From NCBI GenBank assembly GCA_964187785.1, contig OZ076409.1, forward strand, positions 7,256,001 through 7,320,000: a DNA stretch of 64,000 nt. The letters are read 5' to 3'. The notes below the pieces were generated by a model, which was given only the letters and a program-made list of their open reading frames with translations, had not been told where the DNA came from and made no database searches. Source of the stretch: Amphiscolops sp. MND2022. Lineage: Eukaryota. Made by a program: the position numbers and the translations under genes. Positions 40,717 to 53,052 of the stretch are shown here, piece after piece. Within the stretch, counting starts at the first letter, position 1, and each line of letters begins with the position of its first letter.

Positions 40717-41463
40717 CTCCCCCTGGGATTAGCATGAAGCAGCCCACCTTCATTCCTTCTAAGAACGCCATTCTCCTGGCATTGAATTGTTCTGGGGACT
40801 CCCCTCGGACAGCCGTCTTGTGCATGTAGTCAATCACTGCTTCATCTTGAATCTGTTCTACAGATTTTCCGCAGATGAGGCAGTCTGCGCAGCCCGTGAT
40901 GTAGGGATTGTCGTCGCTAGGGCCTTTAAAGTGTATTCCACTTGGGCATTGTTGTTTATTACTAGTAGAGGGTTCTACCATTGCCCTCCAGTCGCCTGTA
41001 GGGTATTTATCCACAGCAGGGGGCGACATTGGTGTGTCCACCATTGGAATTAATTGGCTGCAAATATTAATCGGATGATCATTTTTGAGCCTTGGGTCCC
41101 TTGCGACTGGCCCTCTCCCCATCCCTAGATCAAAGTATCCAGCATCGAACATTGGTCCAGGGATGTATGAGAGCCTGGGGTCCCGGGACGATCTTCTCTC
41201 TGTTGGTTTGAACAGGAGGGCACCGGAATGCTTTCTGAGGCTAATAGGAGTTCCATTTGTCTTTCTACGCATTCCGCCAGTAAAGCCACTTCATCATCGT
41301 CGGACAGAGATTCTAGGTCGTCTACTGAAACGCTGCTCGCACATTCCATTTCATCATCACTGGATATGCAAATTATTCCGTCTCCCGGGGCTGCACCCTG
41401 AAAGTCTTCAGGGAAGTACTCGGGGGACTCTGAGTTGAAATGGCTTGATAGGAATTTGTCCAT
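40628..41463 (-). CDS. Extra sense ORF3 of the Gypsy element (~280 aa, split by a frameshift), unknown function
   Basis: Overlapping ORFs 41125-41463 and 40628-41272; acidic N-terminus, IICISSDDE, RDPRL twice, CADCLIC. Confidence 0.6.
40717..40724 (-). promoter_or_regulatory. Polypurine tract AGGGGGAG
   Basis: Directly precedes the TG of the 3' LTR on the minus strand. Confidence 0.8.
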
Positions 41464-42746
41464 AATTATATCTTTGCAATTTTCGGAGAGATTTCTTTTG
41501 AGAAGTTTTTTGAGTTTTATTTCAAATAGCCAACTGGTTGTTGTGAATGATTGTGGAACAATGGCGGTCTTCCCTTCCGTCGACTAGCGGGAGTTTTCGT
41601 CTCAGTTTCCCGGGGTTTTGCGTCTCCTAAGAAGGATAAATTTTCAACAACAAATTCCATCTTGGTAATATCTTTCATCTATCCGTCTTGCCTTCTTTGA
41701 TAACGCCGACAACGGCCTTGTTGGCTTACATCAGTTTTGCCAACACCTCCATATTAAGAGTGCCGCTTCAAGTGTTTATTAACACTCATCGAGCACTTAA
41801 AGGTTTCAAGAGGGTAAGCTATGGCAGTCAGCCACGCCGTCCCCCAGCAATCTTGATTAGCCAATAGGAATGGAGCATGTTTCTTTCTGAATAAAAATGG
41901 CTCCCCAAGGTCGTAAATCCATATAAGGACTAATGTAAAATGACCTTGAAATTAATGAAATCTTGGAAAATCATGAAATAATTTGTAAAATGGTACATTT
42001 TTGAAATAAATAAGTAATTGTAGATATCGCTGGCAGACTCCATCCACATAACACTGTAAAATGTAAATAATACCAAATTTGACACCAAACTGTATAGCCA
42101 CGAACTCCAATTTCGACACTTTGTCACATTGCCAATTCAGCTTTCAATTCTTTTACATTCGAATTCTTCTCTAGTTACTTTTTCTGTATTATCGCCAGTA
42201 TTTAATCATCTTTAGTCTTTTAGTCTTTGCGTCGTATTTATTTCCATTTCATTTGAAGTTTCCTTTTGTAATTTCTCTTTGTTATAACACCTCTGGATTT
42301 CTCGGGACAATCTAGGACAATCGACACTGAGTCCCTTTTGGCAAATTCACCCATATTCAACATTCTCTCCCTCTTTCAAAGAAGAATCTGCTTCTCTTGC
42401 CCAGCTGCTGCTGTGCAACCACTACTTCTGGTCCAAAATACTTCTCCTCGGCAGCCCGACTTCCAGGATTAACCATTCACCCGGCATCCGCAGTCTGCAC
42501 ACAGAACTTTTCTCCTTCAATTTAGTCCACACAGGTCAGTAGCGTCTCGAAGGGTTTTCATTTCTATCTTTGGTATTGAACTAATTTGAGGCTTGATCAG
42601 GGCTCTCATTTCATTCACGTACTTCCTGTCCCATAACTCAAGCATTCACTTGAGTTCAAATATCTACTTCCGGAAGATTTTTTAATGCGGCAATGGACTC
42701 TTTTTCAGGAAGTTCTCCGCTTGATTTTATCTCTTTCTATTTAGAC

Positions 42747-45700
42747 ATGTCGTCCGAGGAGCACAATGAAATCATTCCCGCTACCGCTACTGGGACTTTA
42801 ACAGAAGAAGAAGTTCCACAACAGCCCGAAGAAACAGTCGTCGACCAGACCGCCACTGCCATAAAGGACGCGGAGTCCAAGCAGCCTGATCCGCCGAAAG
42901 ACAGCTCATCTAAGACTGGTCCAACTTCCAGCGCTTCCACCGATGAGAGTATTTCAGCATACATTGAGCGTCAGTTGCAGAATCTAGGTTGTCAGGATAC
43001 TGGACTGGTCATCTCTTTCTTGCCACCCACTACATCTGCCGTCGTAAGCCATGCACCTGAGTCCAATACAGAGAAGGTTTCCGAGTCGGAGCCAATTCCC
43101 CAGGTCACGACTGGGTCACGAGACAAGGAGTCACCTGAGACTGAGATTGAACGGGGCAATGATGCCGTCAGCGAAGCTGGATTTTCCGTCACCAAGGCGG
43201 ATTACTTCCAAACAGATACCAGCGACGCTGAAGAACTGCTTGATAGTTCAGGTGCTGAGACCATCAAGGAACCTCCGTTCTTGATTGCACTGGATGCGCT
43301 AAGCTCCACTGGGACCGAAATCCATGAGAAGGCTAAACCATCAACCTCGGCTGAATTACCAAACATATCTTCCCCGAAGCTCTTTAGTCCCACCAGGCCT
43401 CTATCTGCCTCTGCTCGAACGCTCATAAATCAGCATTTCAATGAGACCAATCCGAGCATCCTCCCGGTAGGCCATGCGACTGTGGCCTTCAGTCAGGGGC
43501 AAGTTCATTCCATCTTGCGCGCCGTCTCCACAGAAACCATTACTTCTTCTCTACACCAGATGAAGAACATACTGGAAGAAGCGATCCGGGTGGGAATTCG
43601 CTCCCAAGGTACTCCTCAAGGATCCGGGAAACAGCGAATCAAGATCTTCCGTAAGCAGAGCGGCAGCCCTGGATCAGGTGCGGAAGACAGTGACGTTGGG
43701 ACTGAGGGGTACACTAGCGGAGCCCTCAGTTCGGAAGATGAGTTTGTCATCAATTCCCAAAGAACTGGCAAGGATCTGAACATCAATCCCCCTCCAAGCC
43801 CTCCAGATCAAAGTTCGACTTCAACGCCTGGACCATCATCTGCACAACAAGTCCCTAGTCCAGGATTCTGCTCAACCGACTATGAGCCCTTAGCCTCATT
43901 GACCACTGATCAAGCTTCCGCCTCAAGTCCACCTCGCAAACGTCGTCGGCTTCCTGGACGCACAGGCAAAATAATGAAAGAGGCCTATTTCAAAGGAATC
44001 CAGTGGACTCGCACATTCGTCACCGGCCCCCTCGACCCAGAGCACAATAAACATAAGTTCTACTGCCAAATATGCAAGACGAACGTTTCTATTTTTTCAA
44101 AAGGAGCCCGGGAGATCGTCCGCCATTTCCAGTGTGAGTCGCATTTCCGCAAGGATCAGCGCTGGAGATACGAACACTTAAAGAAGAAAGACAAGGTGAC
44201 TGGCCGGATTGTCCACGAAGTCAGAGGGAAGAAGGGCCAATTGCTGACTCCCTTAGAACTTGAGAGAGAGAAGCCCTTCTTCATGCAAGTTCCCTTGGTT
44301 GAAACTGGCAGCAGCAACCCCTTCTACGAGGATCACATGGCTGGCCTGGGCTCCATCGCTGGGCAGGAGGAGATCAGACTGTGCGTCCAAATCTCCATGG
44401 TTGCTCTCTTCACTCCTCGTTGTGGAGATCTAAACGTCCTTGAGTCGCTATGGTCACAGATTGGCACTGTAACCAACCATCAGAGTCTGTTCTCTCCTTA
44501 CGATTGGGGCTCCTCCAAACTGACAGTAAGTATTGGCGACTTCTAGCCTCAGGGTCCTTTAGCCCTAACGCAGCCTCGATGCATTTTCATCCTAGTTAAT
44601 TTTGTTTTAGACGATCTTTCATCACATCTTCCTCTGTGGTATCGCTGACATCGCGTACCAAGTCAGTGTCACGGGTCAGTACTCTCTGGAGTTTGAGATG
44701 CGAGGCACCTACAGCTTTGTTTCGATCCGATTCTGGAAGGGCGAATCCCTCAATGTCGTCCGCTTGCTACGATACCGGACTGCTTCAGAACCTGCTGCTG
44801 GTTTCCTGTTGGTACTTTCCCGTCTCTTGTCCGTCCTATCAACACAACCTCAGATTGTGAGCGTGTCTGGGTGTCCTGCAGAGGTGATTCCTCTTCTTGA
44901 ACGTTCTTGCCTCTTCCAAAAAGGGATTGAGTACCCCTTTCGATTTGATGCACTTTGTCTACCGGACTTGATGCACGAACGATGGGGCAGCGTGTTTGGC
45001 ACCATCAGTTTCTTCTCTCAGCTGAAGTTTCTGGTTGCGTTCTTGGACGGTTGCAGTGGACAGCCATGGGCCGCCCTAATGCCAGAATTCGTTAAGGTAA
45101 GGTCACTGTCCGTAAGACTGTAGGTCCAGCTTTGGATTGCTTCCAATGAACATGTTGATTGTAGGCCATGTCTACCTATCACCTGGAAATTGCCGCTGTG
45201 CCAGCCATATGTTCGGAACTGATTGCGAACTGGAAGTCTGTGCACCAGCACTTGACAAAGATTGCACCACCACAGGTCCACCAGGGGGTCAAAGGCAAGC
45301 CCCAAAGCCTCGAGTGGGAAATCATAGCTGATGATTTCTTCACCATCAAGCTGGAGTTCTTCGCACGAATTGTCCGCGATTGTTAGTATATTGGTCTTTT
45401 CCTCCTGTCCACGGACCTCATGGTCTCGGTTTCTCTTACCACTATTTGAGGCTCATGCGAGATATAGTAGATTGGCACGTTAGGTCTAATGGTGTCATAG
45501 GGACCCTTTAGGATGGTAATATTTTGTTTTCCAGACACCAAGAGCTTCGAGAGCCAGTTTGCACAGCGAAGGGATAGTGGCTTCTACACCTTCCGAGAGT
45601 TCCATACTTTCATCCGCAAGTTGGCAGGTCGAGCACTACTTCCCACACACGTGCCTGATATACTGGACGGAAGTCGCTGGGCGATTTGCAAGGACAGAAT

Positions 45701-46683
45701 TGGCGACAACTGTCTAATCGAGATTTCTTGAGTCGCTTGAAGCTCAAAGAAAATTTGGATGCCGCATGCCATGCTCGCGTCAAGAGAATTTATAGTGAGA
45801 AGCAACTGACACCTGAAGAGACGGAAACAGCAGCTGAGGCCATTCGGGACGATTTCGCCACTAAGGCCCGAGGTTACCTCGTCCATCTTTTGAAAGTCTT
45901 CCTTGCCGACATTAGCCTGAATGCTGGTATCGTAAGAGGCCTGGGCAGTTTCGATCCAGTAGCCCTCCTGAGTCTGCCGCTTGAGCAAGCCACATATTGT
46001 TTCTCCGCTCTGTACCGATCCTTTAGTTTGCGAGGCTGGTTAGAGAATTCCCCAGAGGCCGATGCCCGAGACGAGTACGTCGATTTCGTGGAGTACTTCC
46101 GTCAAGCCAACTCTGGAGTCAAGGATACCCCAGAGGTCTTCACCGACATGGTAGCCTTTCTGATTGGCATGCCTGAATTGAAGTTGCGGAAACATCTGTT
46201 CTACATTTTCCAGTTGAGTTGTCTGTGCCTGACTTCTAAGTTGCCAGAGCTCCCAGCCATCAAATTCCCTGGAGTTGATTGCAATGATCCCCGAAGTAGG
46301 CTTTTCGATGTCATCATGCCTGCACAGTCTTACCTAGCTAATGTGGCAAAGTCAGTGGCTGTGTGCACTACAGAAGCTTCCCTGGGTACATTCAAAGATC
46401 TGGAATTCCGATTCAGTACTGGCAACGTCCCAGGAGACCCTTGGACGCACGTAGACAGTTTCGGCAAAGCTAATCTGCATAAAACCTTAATTGCAGTTTA
46501 CAAAGCTCTGGGCAGGAGTGTCCGTCCTGACATCGAGTCCGCTTCCAATTCCTCGTCTAAAGAAGTGGGGAAACAACGTACGCTGTCCCCGGTAAAGGCA
46601 AGAAGGTTGGCTTTCGGGTAGCTAGTGAGACTGAAGCCACAAAGTCCAGTAATGGGAACGCTCCCGGAACTTCTAAATCTTAA
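42747..46683 (+). CDS. Antisense spliced accessory gene inside the Gypsy element; exons 42747-44525, 44611-45096, 45165-45381, 45535-46683; ~1,200 aa zinc-finger protein with two 1-nt frameshifts in the last exon
   Basis: GTAAGT, GTAAGG and GTTAGT donors with TTTTAG, TGTAG and TTCCAG acceptors join the ORFs in matching phases (0, 0, 1). NLS-like PPRKRRR; finger CQICKTNVSIFSKGAREIVRHFQCESH. Confidence 0.8.
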
Positions 46684-46918
46684 ATGTACAAAGAGTACAT
46701 TTGTTTCTAGACTGTACTTGTTGTAAACTGCTTTATATTTATTTCATCTGTTTGTTGTTTTGTTTGGGCGTGGCTTTGTATTATTCGCCACTAAGTCTTC
46801 TTTATTGTACATAATTATTTCGAGTAACAAAATAAGTCAGAAAGTCCCAAGTAAAAGATAAATGTCCTCATCGACCAATAGTCGAAATAAAGAGGGGACT
46901 AGTAATTCAAGTTTCTGG

Positions 46919-47901
46919 CTAGTATCTGTATTCATCAGTAAAGTTGGGGTTGGGGTTAGGTCGAAGGTTATATCTCCCTCCTCTAGGGCTAGAGTTTTCT
47001 TCAAAGCTTTCTTTTTCCGATATTCCGGGCACGGTAATATCTGCGCCTCTGTTTGAAACGCCTTCCGTATTTTTGAAATCATTAGTGACGTCATTTTCAT
47101 TGTCGTTCTCATATGGCGTTTCGTTCAGCGGGGACGATTCGTTACTGTTATTCTTCTTTGTTGGCCATATTTCATTCTCGGTGACGTCATCCTCGTTAAT
47201 TCGTTCGGAGCAGCTTTCATTTTCGCTTGCGCTGCTGCGTTCGTTTTCAATGACGTAATGGTCCGCACTGCCGTCCTCAGTGTCGGTCGGCCGGCGTGTG
47301 GCCACGTCGGTCCAATCTTCCTTTCTCGGTTCAAAGAAGTCGTACTCAAAATCCACTTCCCATGAGATGGAATACAAGTCGTCTTGTGGTATTACTATCT
47401 CATTGTCGGGCTGTAATTTTTCACCTTCATATTTGTCCTCTAAGGGGGCATTTGGTACGAATTTCTTTAATCTAATGCGATGTAGTATTTGTGTTTTATT
47501 AGTATTTAATCGACGCACAATATAATTGTCATTGGACAGTACTGTCTGAACGACAAAGGGGCCAATCCACCTGTATTCCCTGAATGGGATCTTTGATGCT
47601 TGACTGTCCGCTTTAGGTTGTAGAACAAAACAATAATCGTTTTCTTTAAGCGGAGCCGCTTTGGCCTTTCGGTCGTAGTAGTCCTTATACTTTAGGTAGG
47701 ACTGCGTTATGTTCTTTTTGGTCTGATCAATGAGGATTTGTGTCCGCTGTTGCACTTCTTCCGCAAAGTCTGTAGTTGGCATGAAATTTTTATTGGGATT
47801 GTTCCCCATTTTATGATCTAGGACGTTAAAAGGAATTCGGCCATGAAAGACTTTACTCGGTTCACATCCAATACTGGAGTGATATGTGGTATTATAGTTG
47901 A
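46919..47901 (-). pseudogene. Duplicated integrase C-terminus including the true pol end (acidic tail, ...RGGRYNLRPNP...)
   Basis: 47424-47901 repeats 48455-48932 and continues to a stop at 46919. Confidence 0.85.
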
Positions 47902-48445
47902 TTGCAATGATCCCCGAAGTAGGCTTTTCGATGTCATCATGCCTGCACAGTCTTACCTAGCTAATGTGGCAAATTCAGTGGCTGTGTGCACTACAGAAGC
48001 TTCCCTGGGTACATTCAAAGATCTGGAATTCCAATTCAGTACTGGCAACGTCCCAGGAGACCCTTGGACGCACGTAGACAGTTTCGGCAAAGCTAATCTG
48101 CATAAAACCTTAATTGCAGTTTACAAGGCTCTGGGCAGGAGTGTCCGTCCTGACATCGAGTCCGCTTCGAATTCCTCGTCTAAAGAAGTGGGGAAACAAC
48201 GTAAGCTGTCCCCGGGTAAAGGCAAGAAGGTTGGCTTTCGGGTAGCTAGTGAGACTGAAGCCACAAAGTCCAGTAATGTGAACGCTCCCGGAACTTCTAA
48301 ATCTTAAATGTACAAAGAGTACATTTGTTTCTAGACTGTACTTGTTGTAAACTGCTTTATATTTATTTCATCTGTTTGTTGTTTTGTTTGGGCGTGGCTT
48401 TGTATTATTCGCCACTAAGTCTTCTTTATTGTACATAATTATTTC
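47896..48445 (+). repeat. Duplicate of the antisense gene's 3' end (46273-46821)
   Basis: Near-identical sequence; retains the un-frameshifted C-terminus ...SPGKGKKVGFRVASETEATKSSNVNAPGTSKS*. Confidence 0.9.
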
Positions 48446-51400
48446 TAATATAATCCTTCATATTTGTCCTCTAAGGGGGCATTTGGTACGAATTTCTTTA
48501 TTCTAATGCGATGTAGTATTTGTGTTTTATTAGTATTTAATCGACGCACAATATAATTGTCATTGGACAGTACTGTCTGAACGACAAAGGGGCCAATCCA
48601 CCTGTATTCCCTGAATGGGATCTTTGATGCTTGACTGTCCGCTTTAGGTTGTAGAACAAAACAATAATCGTTTTCTTTAAGCGGAGCCGCTTTGGCCTTT
48701 CGGTCGTAGTAGTCCTTACACTTTAGGTAGGACTGCATTATGTTCTTTTTGGTCTGATCAATGAGGATTTGTGTCCGCTGTTGCACTTCTTCCGCAAAGT
48801 CTGTAGTTGGCATGAAATTTTTATTGGGATTGTTCCCCAATTTATGATCTAGGACGTTAAAAGGAATTCGGCCATGAAAGACTTTACTCGGTTCACATCC
48901 AATACTGGAGTGATATGTGGTATTATAGTTGAGTACTGCTAATGGCAGGTATTTATGCCATTGGCGTCGATACTCTCCTGAGGCCATTTTCAAATTGGTT
49001 TTGAGTGAGGCATGCGTCCTTTCCAGCTTGCCGATTGTTTGCGGGTGCTTTGTAGTTGCGCATTTGAGTGTTATGCCCAAAATTTGAGTTATCTCAGCTA
49101 TGATGGTCGATGTAAATGCGGACCCCTTGTCTGTGATTAGAGTTGTTGGCAAATATGAGTGTTTCGTCATTATGTCAATAATCACCTTGGCTACATTCGT
49201 GGCTGTTGCCTCAATTAGCGGGTAGGCGAATAGGTATCTTGAAAAGATATCAATAGCTGTCATCACTGTCTGGTATCCTCCACTAGTCGGTAGATTTGGT
49301 AGTAAGTCGATCTGCATGGCGTCTTCGGGACCTAGGTCCCACTCGGGCAAATTTAACAATTCTGGCGTGATTGTATTGTTAGGGACTCTTTTGTCTCTGG
49401 CACACGTCTCACAGCCTTCTACCCATTTTTTAACATGTTTGGCTATCCCAGGGTAGTAGTATTTTTGGCGAATTTCTTGTAACATTTTGGATATGCCCGG
49501 GTGTTTATGGGCCGTGCCATGTATTGCTTGCAGTAATTCTTTTAACAAGTGTTTGGGCAGTAATATCTGGTGGTGTTTAATTTGGCCTGTTTCGTCATAG
49601 TATTTCCTTGTGATAATTTCGTCTTTGAGGACTATTCGGTCTAGATTGTTCAAATAATGTCTATACCTAAGGTCCTGTTGGAGGATCTCCTCAGAGTATT
49701 CTTCATTCTGAATTTTTGCCTTTAATTGAAGTAATATCGGGTCTTTGGATTGCTCTAGCAGTATTTGATTAGTTCTACGGAGCTTCTGGGTGAAATTAGT
49801 AATTTCTTCGACGATATTTTCGGATATGGCATCAATTTGGATGACAGTCCTCGGGACTTTGAGTCCTGCTTTTGATTGTCGTTTTCGTTCCCAGATTTGT
49901 TCTTCCGTTTCATTATCTTCCTCAGTAAAGAACACTTGTTCCTCTTCGGACACACCGGCCGACTGCACGTTGACTTCAATAGGCTGTGTTTCAACGTCTG
50001 CACGAATTTTCAAAACTAACTTTTCGGTCGGTTCCATTTCCATACGGGACAAGTAGTCTGCCGCTGTATTATTCTTGCCTGGAATGTGGGCTATTATAAA
50101 GTTGAACTGGATGACGAAATCACAGGCATTCCATTATGGCGGCGGTATGATCTTGGTCTGGAAGAACCTTGTGACCGATTTGTTGTCTGTAAGGATAATT
50201 ACCGGTTTAGGTGTCCCCCAGAATATATGTCCGAATTCTTTAAATGCGAAATATATAGCGAGAAATTCTTTCGCATATATCGACATTTTGAGTTGGGAAG
50301 GAATAAAAGTTTTCGAGCCATAAGCAATAGGTGCATAGGATTTCTTGACTGAGGTGAATTTCTGGTTTGGATCGTCTTCAGTGAGTATAGCGTATCCTGC
50401 TGCTGTAAAACTGGCATCTGTCATCAGGACTAGCTGTCGATTCGGCAGTGGTTGCCTCAAGGCTAATTGGCTACACCGGTCCAGGTCTCTATTGATTTCG
50501 TTGAATTGTTCGATTAGCTCTGATGTGACTAAGACCTTCTCGTTCTTCTCAAGTAGTTGAAAGAAGGGAACCAATTTTTCTGATAGTCTCGGTATGTAGT
50601 TTCTGTAATAATTGAGGAATCCGAGGTATCTTTGCAAGGCTTTTTTGGATTTCGGGAATTTAGTTTTTTGTAGGAAGTTTGTGATACTTTCCTTTTGAGG
50701 CTTGACGCCCTCTGGGGTGATTGTTCTTCCCAGAAAGTCAATTTCTGTTGCGCCAAAATGACATTTGTGCCTTGTGAGTTTTAATACAGCCTCTCTTATG
50801 CATTCAAATGTGGCTCGGAGGTTTTTGATCAAATGTTCGGCATCATTTGCTGCTATGCCAATGTCGTCGACATATTGCGCACATTGGTCTGCCTTGATAA
50901 CGCGGTCCAAGTATTCCCTCATGGAGCTAGAGAAAGCCGACAGGGCTCTACTGAGTCCTTGGGCCAATCGTCTGTAAGCGAAAGTTCTGCTGGCAAAGTT
51001 GAAGGCCAGCATTTCAATAGACCTTTGGTCTGCCATTTGGAGGCAGTGGTACGCCTGTGAGCAATCAAGTTTGCAAAAAAGTTTCTTCCCGGCCATGTGT
51101 TGCGCAGCGTCCGTCAAGGTACTAACTGGGTGGTTGTTATTATTATAATCATCAGAAATCAACTTATTGATCTTCCTGAGGTCTACTAATAATCGTAGCT
51201 TCCCATTAGGCTTCTTTTGCGCGAAAATAGGACTGGCATATTTTGAGAACGGTAAAGTAGTTATAATACCGTATTTGTGGAGTAATGCCAGCTCAACTAG
51301 GATATCCTCTTTTAAATTTATCGGAGTCGGTAAGCTCTGGCTGTATGCGGGTGAGTCGTCCTTCGGGGTCAGTTTGACCGTGAACTCCTCGTTCATCCCA

Positions 51401-53052
51401 ATATCAAATCTATGACGTGCAAATATGTCATGAAATTCCACTAAGAGAGCTTCTATTTGTTTGATTTCATGCTGTTGTAGCATTGAGTCTTTCCAATCAA
51501 AATTACTGAGGAATTTTTGCCGAGATTCTTCATTTTCTTGAGGATTGAGGCTTTCTGCCTCTTGCAAATTTCGTAATTCTCTGAGTATTCGTTTTTGTAT
51601 TGGCGTGTGGGACGCTTCGTCCCCCGGGTTCTCAGGAGTTGGGAACCAATATTGTTCATATTGGTCGTTGTTCCTGTTGGCTTTCAGAAGGCTGCTAATA
51701 TATTGAACAGCATCTTCTTCATTTTCATTGAGGAGGTGCCATGTGGACACTGGGTCTATTGGCCTGACGTGTTTCATCTGCTCCGGCGTCATTACTGAGA
51801 AGTTGGCTATATGCATCCCCTTTTTGAGTTTGTAGGGTTGGTCAGTAAAATTATTAATGTGTATCCTCGTGGTCCCTTCATCGAGTGTAATTATGGCAGC
51901 GCAGAAGGTTATATCATTTTCTTCATTTAGATGTTCACTGGGCTGTAAAATCCCAGTGACAGCATTTTCTGCGTAAATTCTGGATTGAATGGAGATGATT
52001 GTACGGTCATTTGGCGGAATTGTGACATCCTCAGGGTTGAGGATGGGCTCCATGACGTTCGAGTATTTGTGGTCAGCCGTTTTCAATTGCATCGAGAAAA
52101 AGGGGAAGTTGAGTATGCCTTGGCGCATATCTAGGACTGTGTGATTTCTTTGTAAGAACATAAGTCCATTTATGGGGCTGGATAGTTTTTCCATCACAAT
52201 GAAGATCTCATGGAACTCAATGTCCCCTACTTCAAATTTCAATTCCACTGTGCTTTTGGGAGTCTCTAGGTCACCATTTGCGACCATGATTTGGAAAGAT
52301 GGGGCAGGTCCCTCTTTGACTATGGATTGAGGCGCTAATAGCCGTATTTTCCTGAGGTCTGCTTCTGGGATTGCGCTGGAGTGGGCCCCAGTGTCTATGA
52401 GTCCATCTAACGTTAGTTCTCCAAAGTCCATTGGAAAATATAACATCCGCCTTTTAATTTTAAGTCCAAGATAAGTGGAAAGAGGAACGTATGATGGTTC
52501 ACCTTGTTGTTCCACTAAAATATGCAAGAAGGCTGTTTCATCCAGAAGGCTATTGAGGTCTTGGTGATCTTCTTGCTCTGGAGTTTCCCCTATTTCTCCT
52601 GAGAGTACTTCAGAATTTGGTTGCCAAAGTTCAATGAGGGCCCTAGAGAGTTTGGTGTCCTCTATTTGGGGATCGTCCTCATCGTCTGTTGGGGGATAAT
52701 CTTCGTTCCGGAATTGGAGATTTCGTTTGTCATATAATTCATCATCCCAATACGGATCTTTGCCATACTCAGCGTCAATGTATTGAGGGTGGTAGTCTTC
52801 GACCAATGGTAAGGGACGGAATTGAGTCTCAAAGTCTTTAGTGTAGTCAGTTTCGTAAAATCGGTCTGGGCGATCGTTGTGTACTTGTTTATAGGTTTTG
52901 ATGCAGGCTTTCTCCATCTGTTGCTGCCAGACGACGGATGGGGTGCCTGTGGTATCCTTTATATAGTGTCGGAATGTTATAATTGGAGGGTCTGAAATGA
53001 CATACTGTCGAACCGACATATAGTCATGTATTTGGAGTCGTGGCAAAATTAG
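48445..53052 (-). pseudogene. pol: Pol (protease, dUTPase-like segment, RT, RNase H, integrase) with one in-frame TAA at 50136-50134
   Basis: Motifs LIDTGA; YVDD; TDAS/KEFLA/TDNK; HGTAHKHPG..CETC; QIDL/TDKG/LERTH; GPFVV. ORFs 50134-53046 and 48445-50052 are in the same frame. Confidence 0.93.

Noticed and set aside
42355..42377. Purine tract followed by TG on the minus strand, suggesting a 2.5 kb LTR starting at 42362
   Set aside because: The direct repeat, CTTAT TSD, PBS and PPT all place the LTR at 39183-40716.
50130..50140. Programmed readthrough or frameshift within pol
   Set aside because: An in-frame TAA inside RNase H is best explained as a TTA>TAA nonsense mutation.
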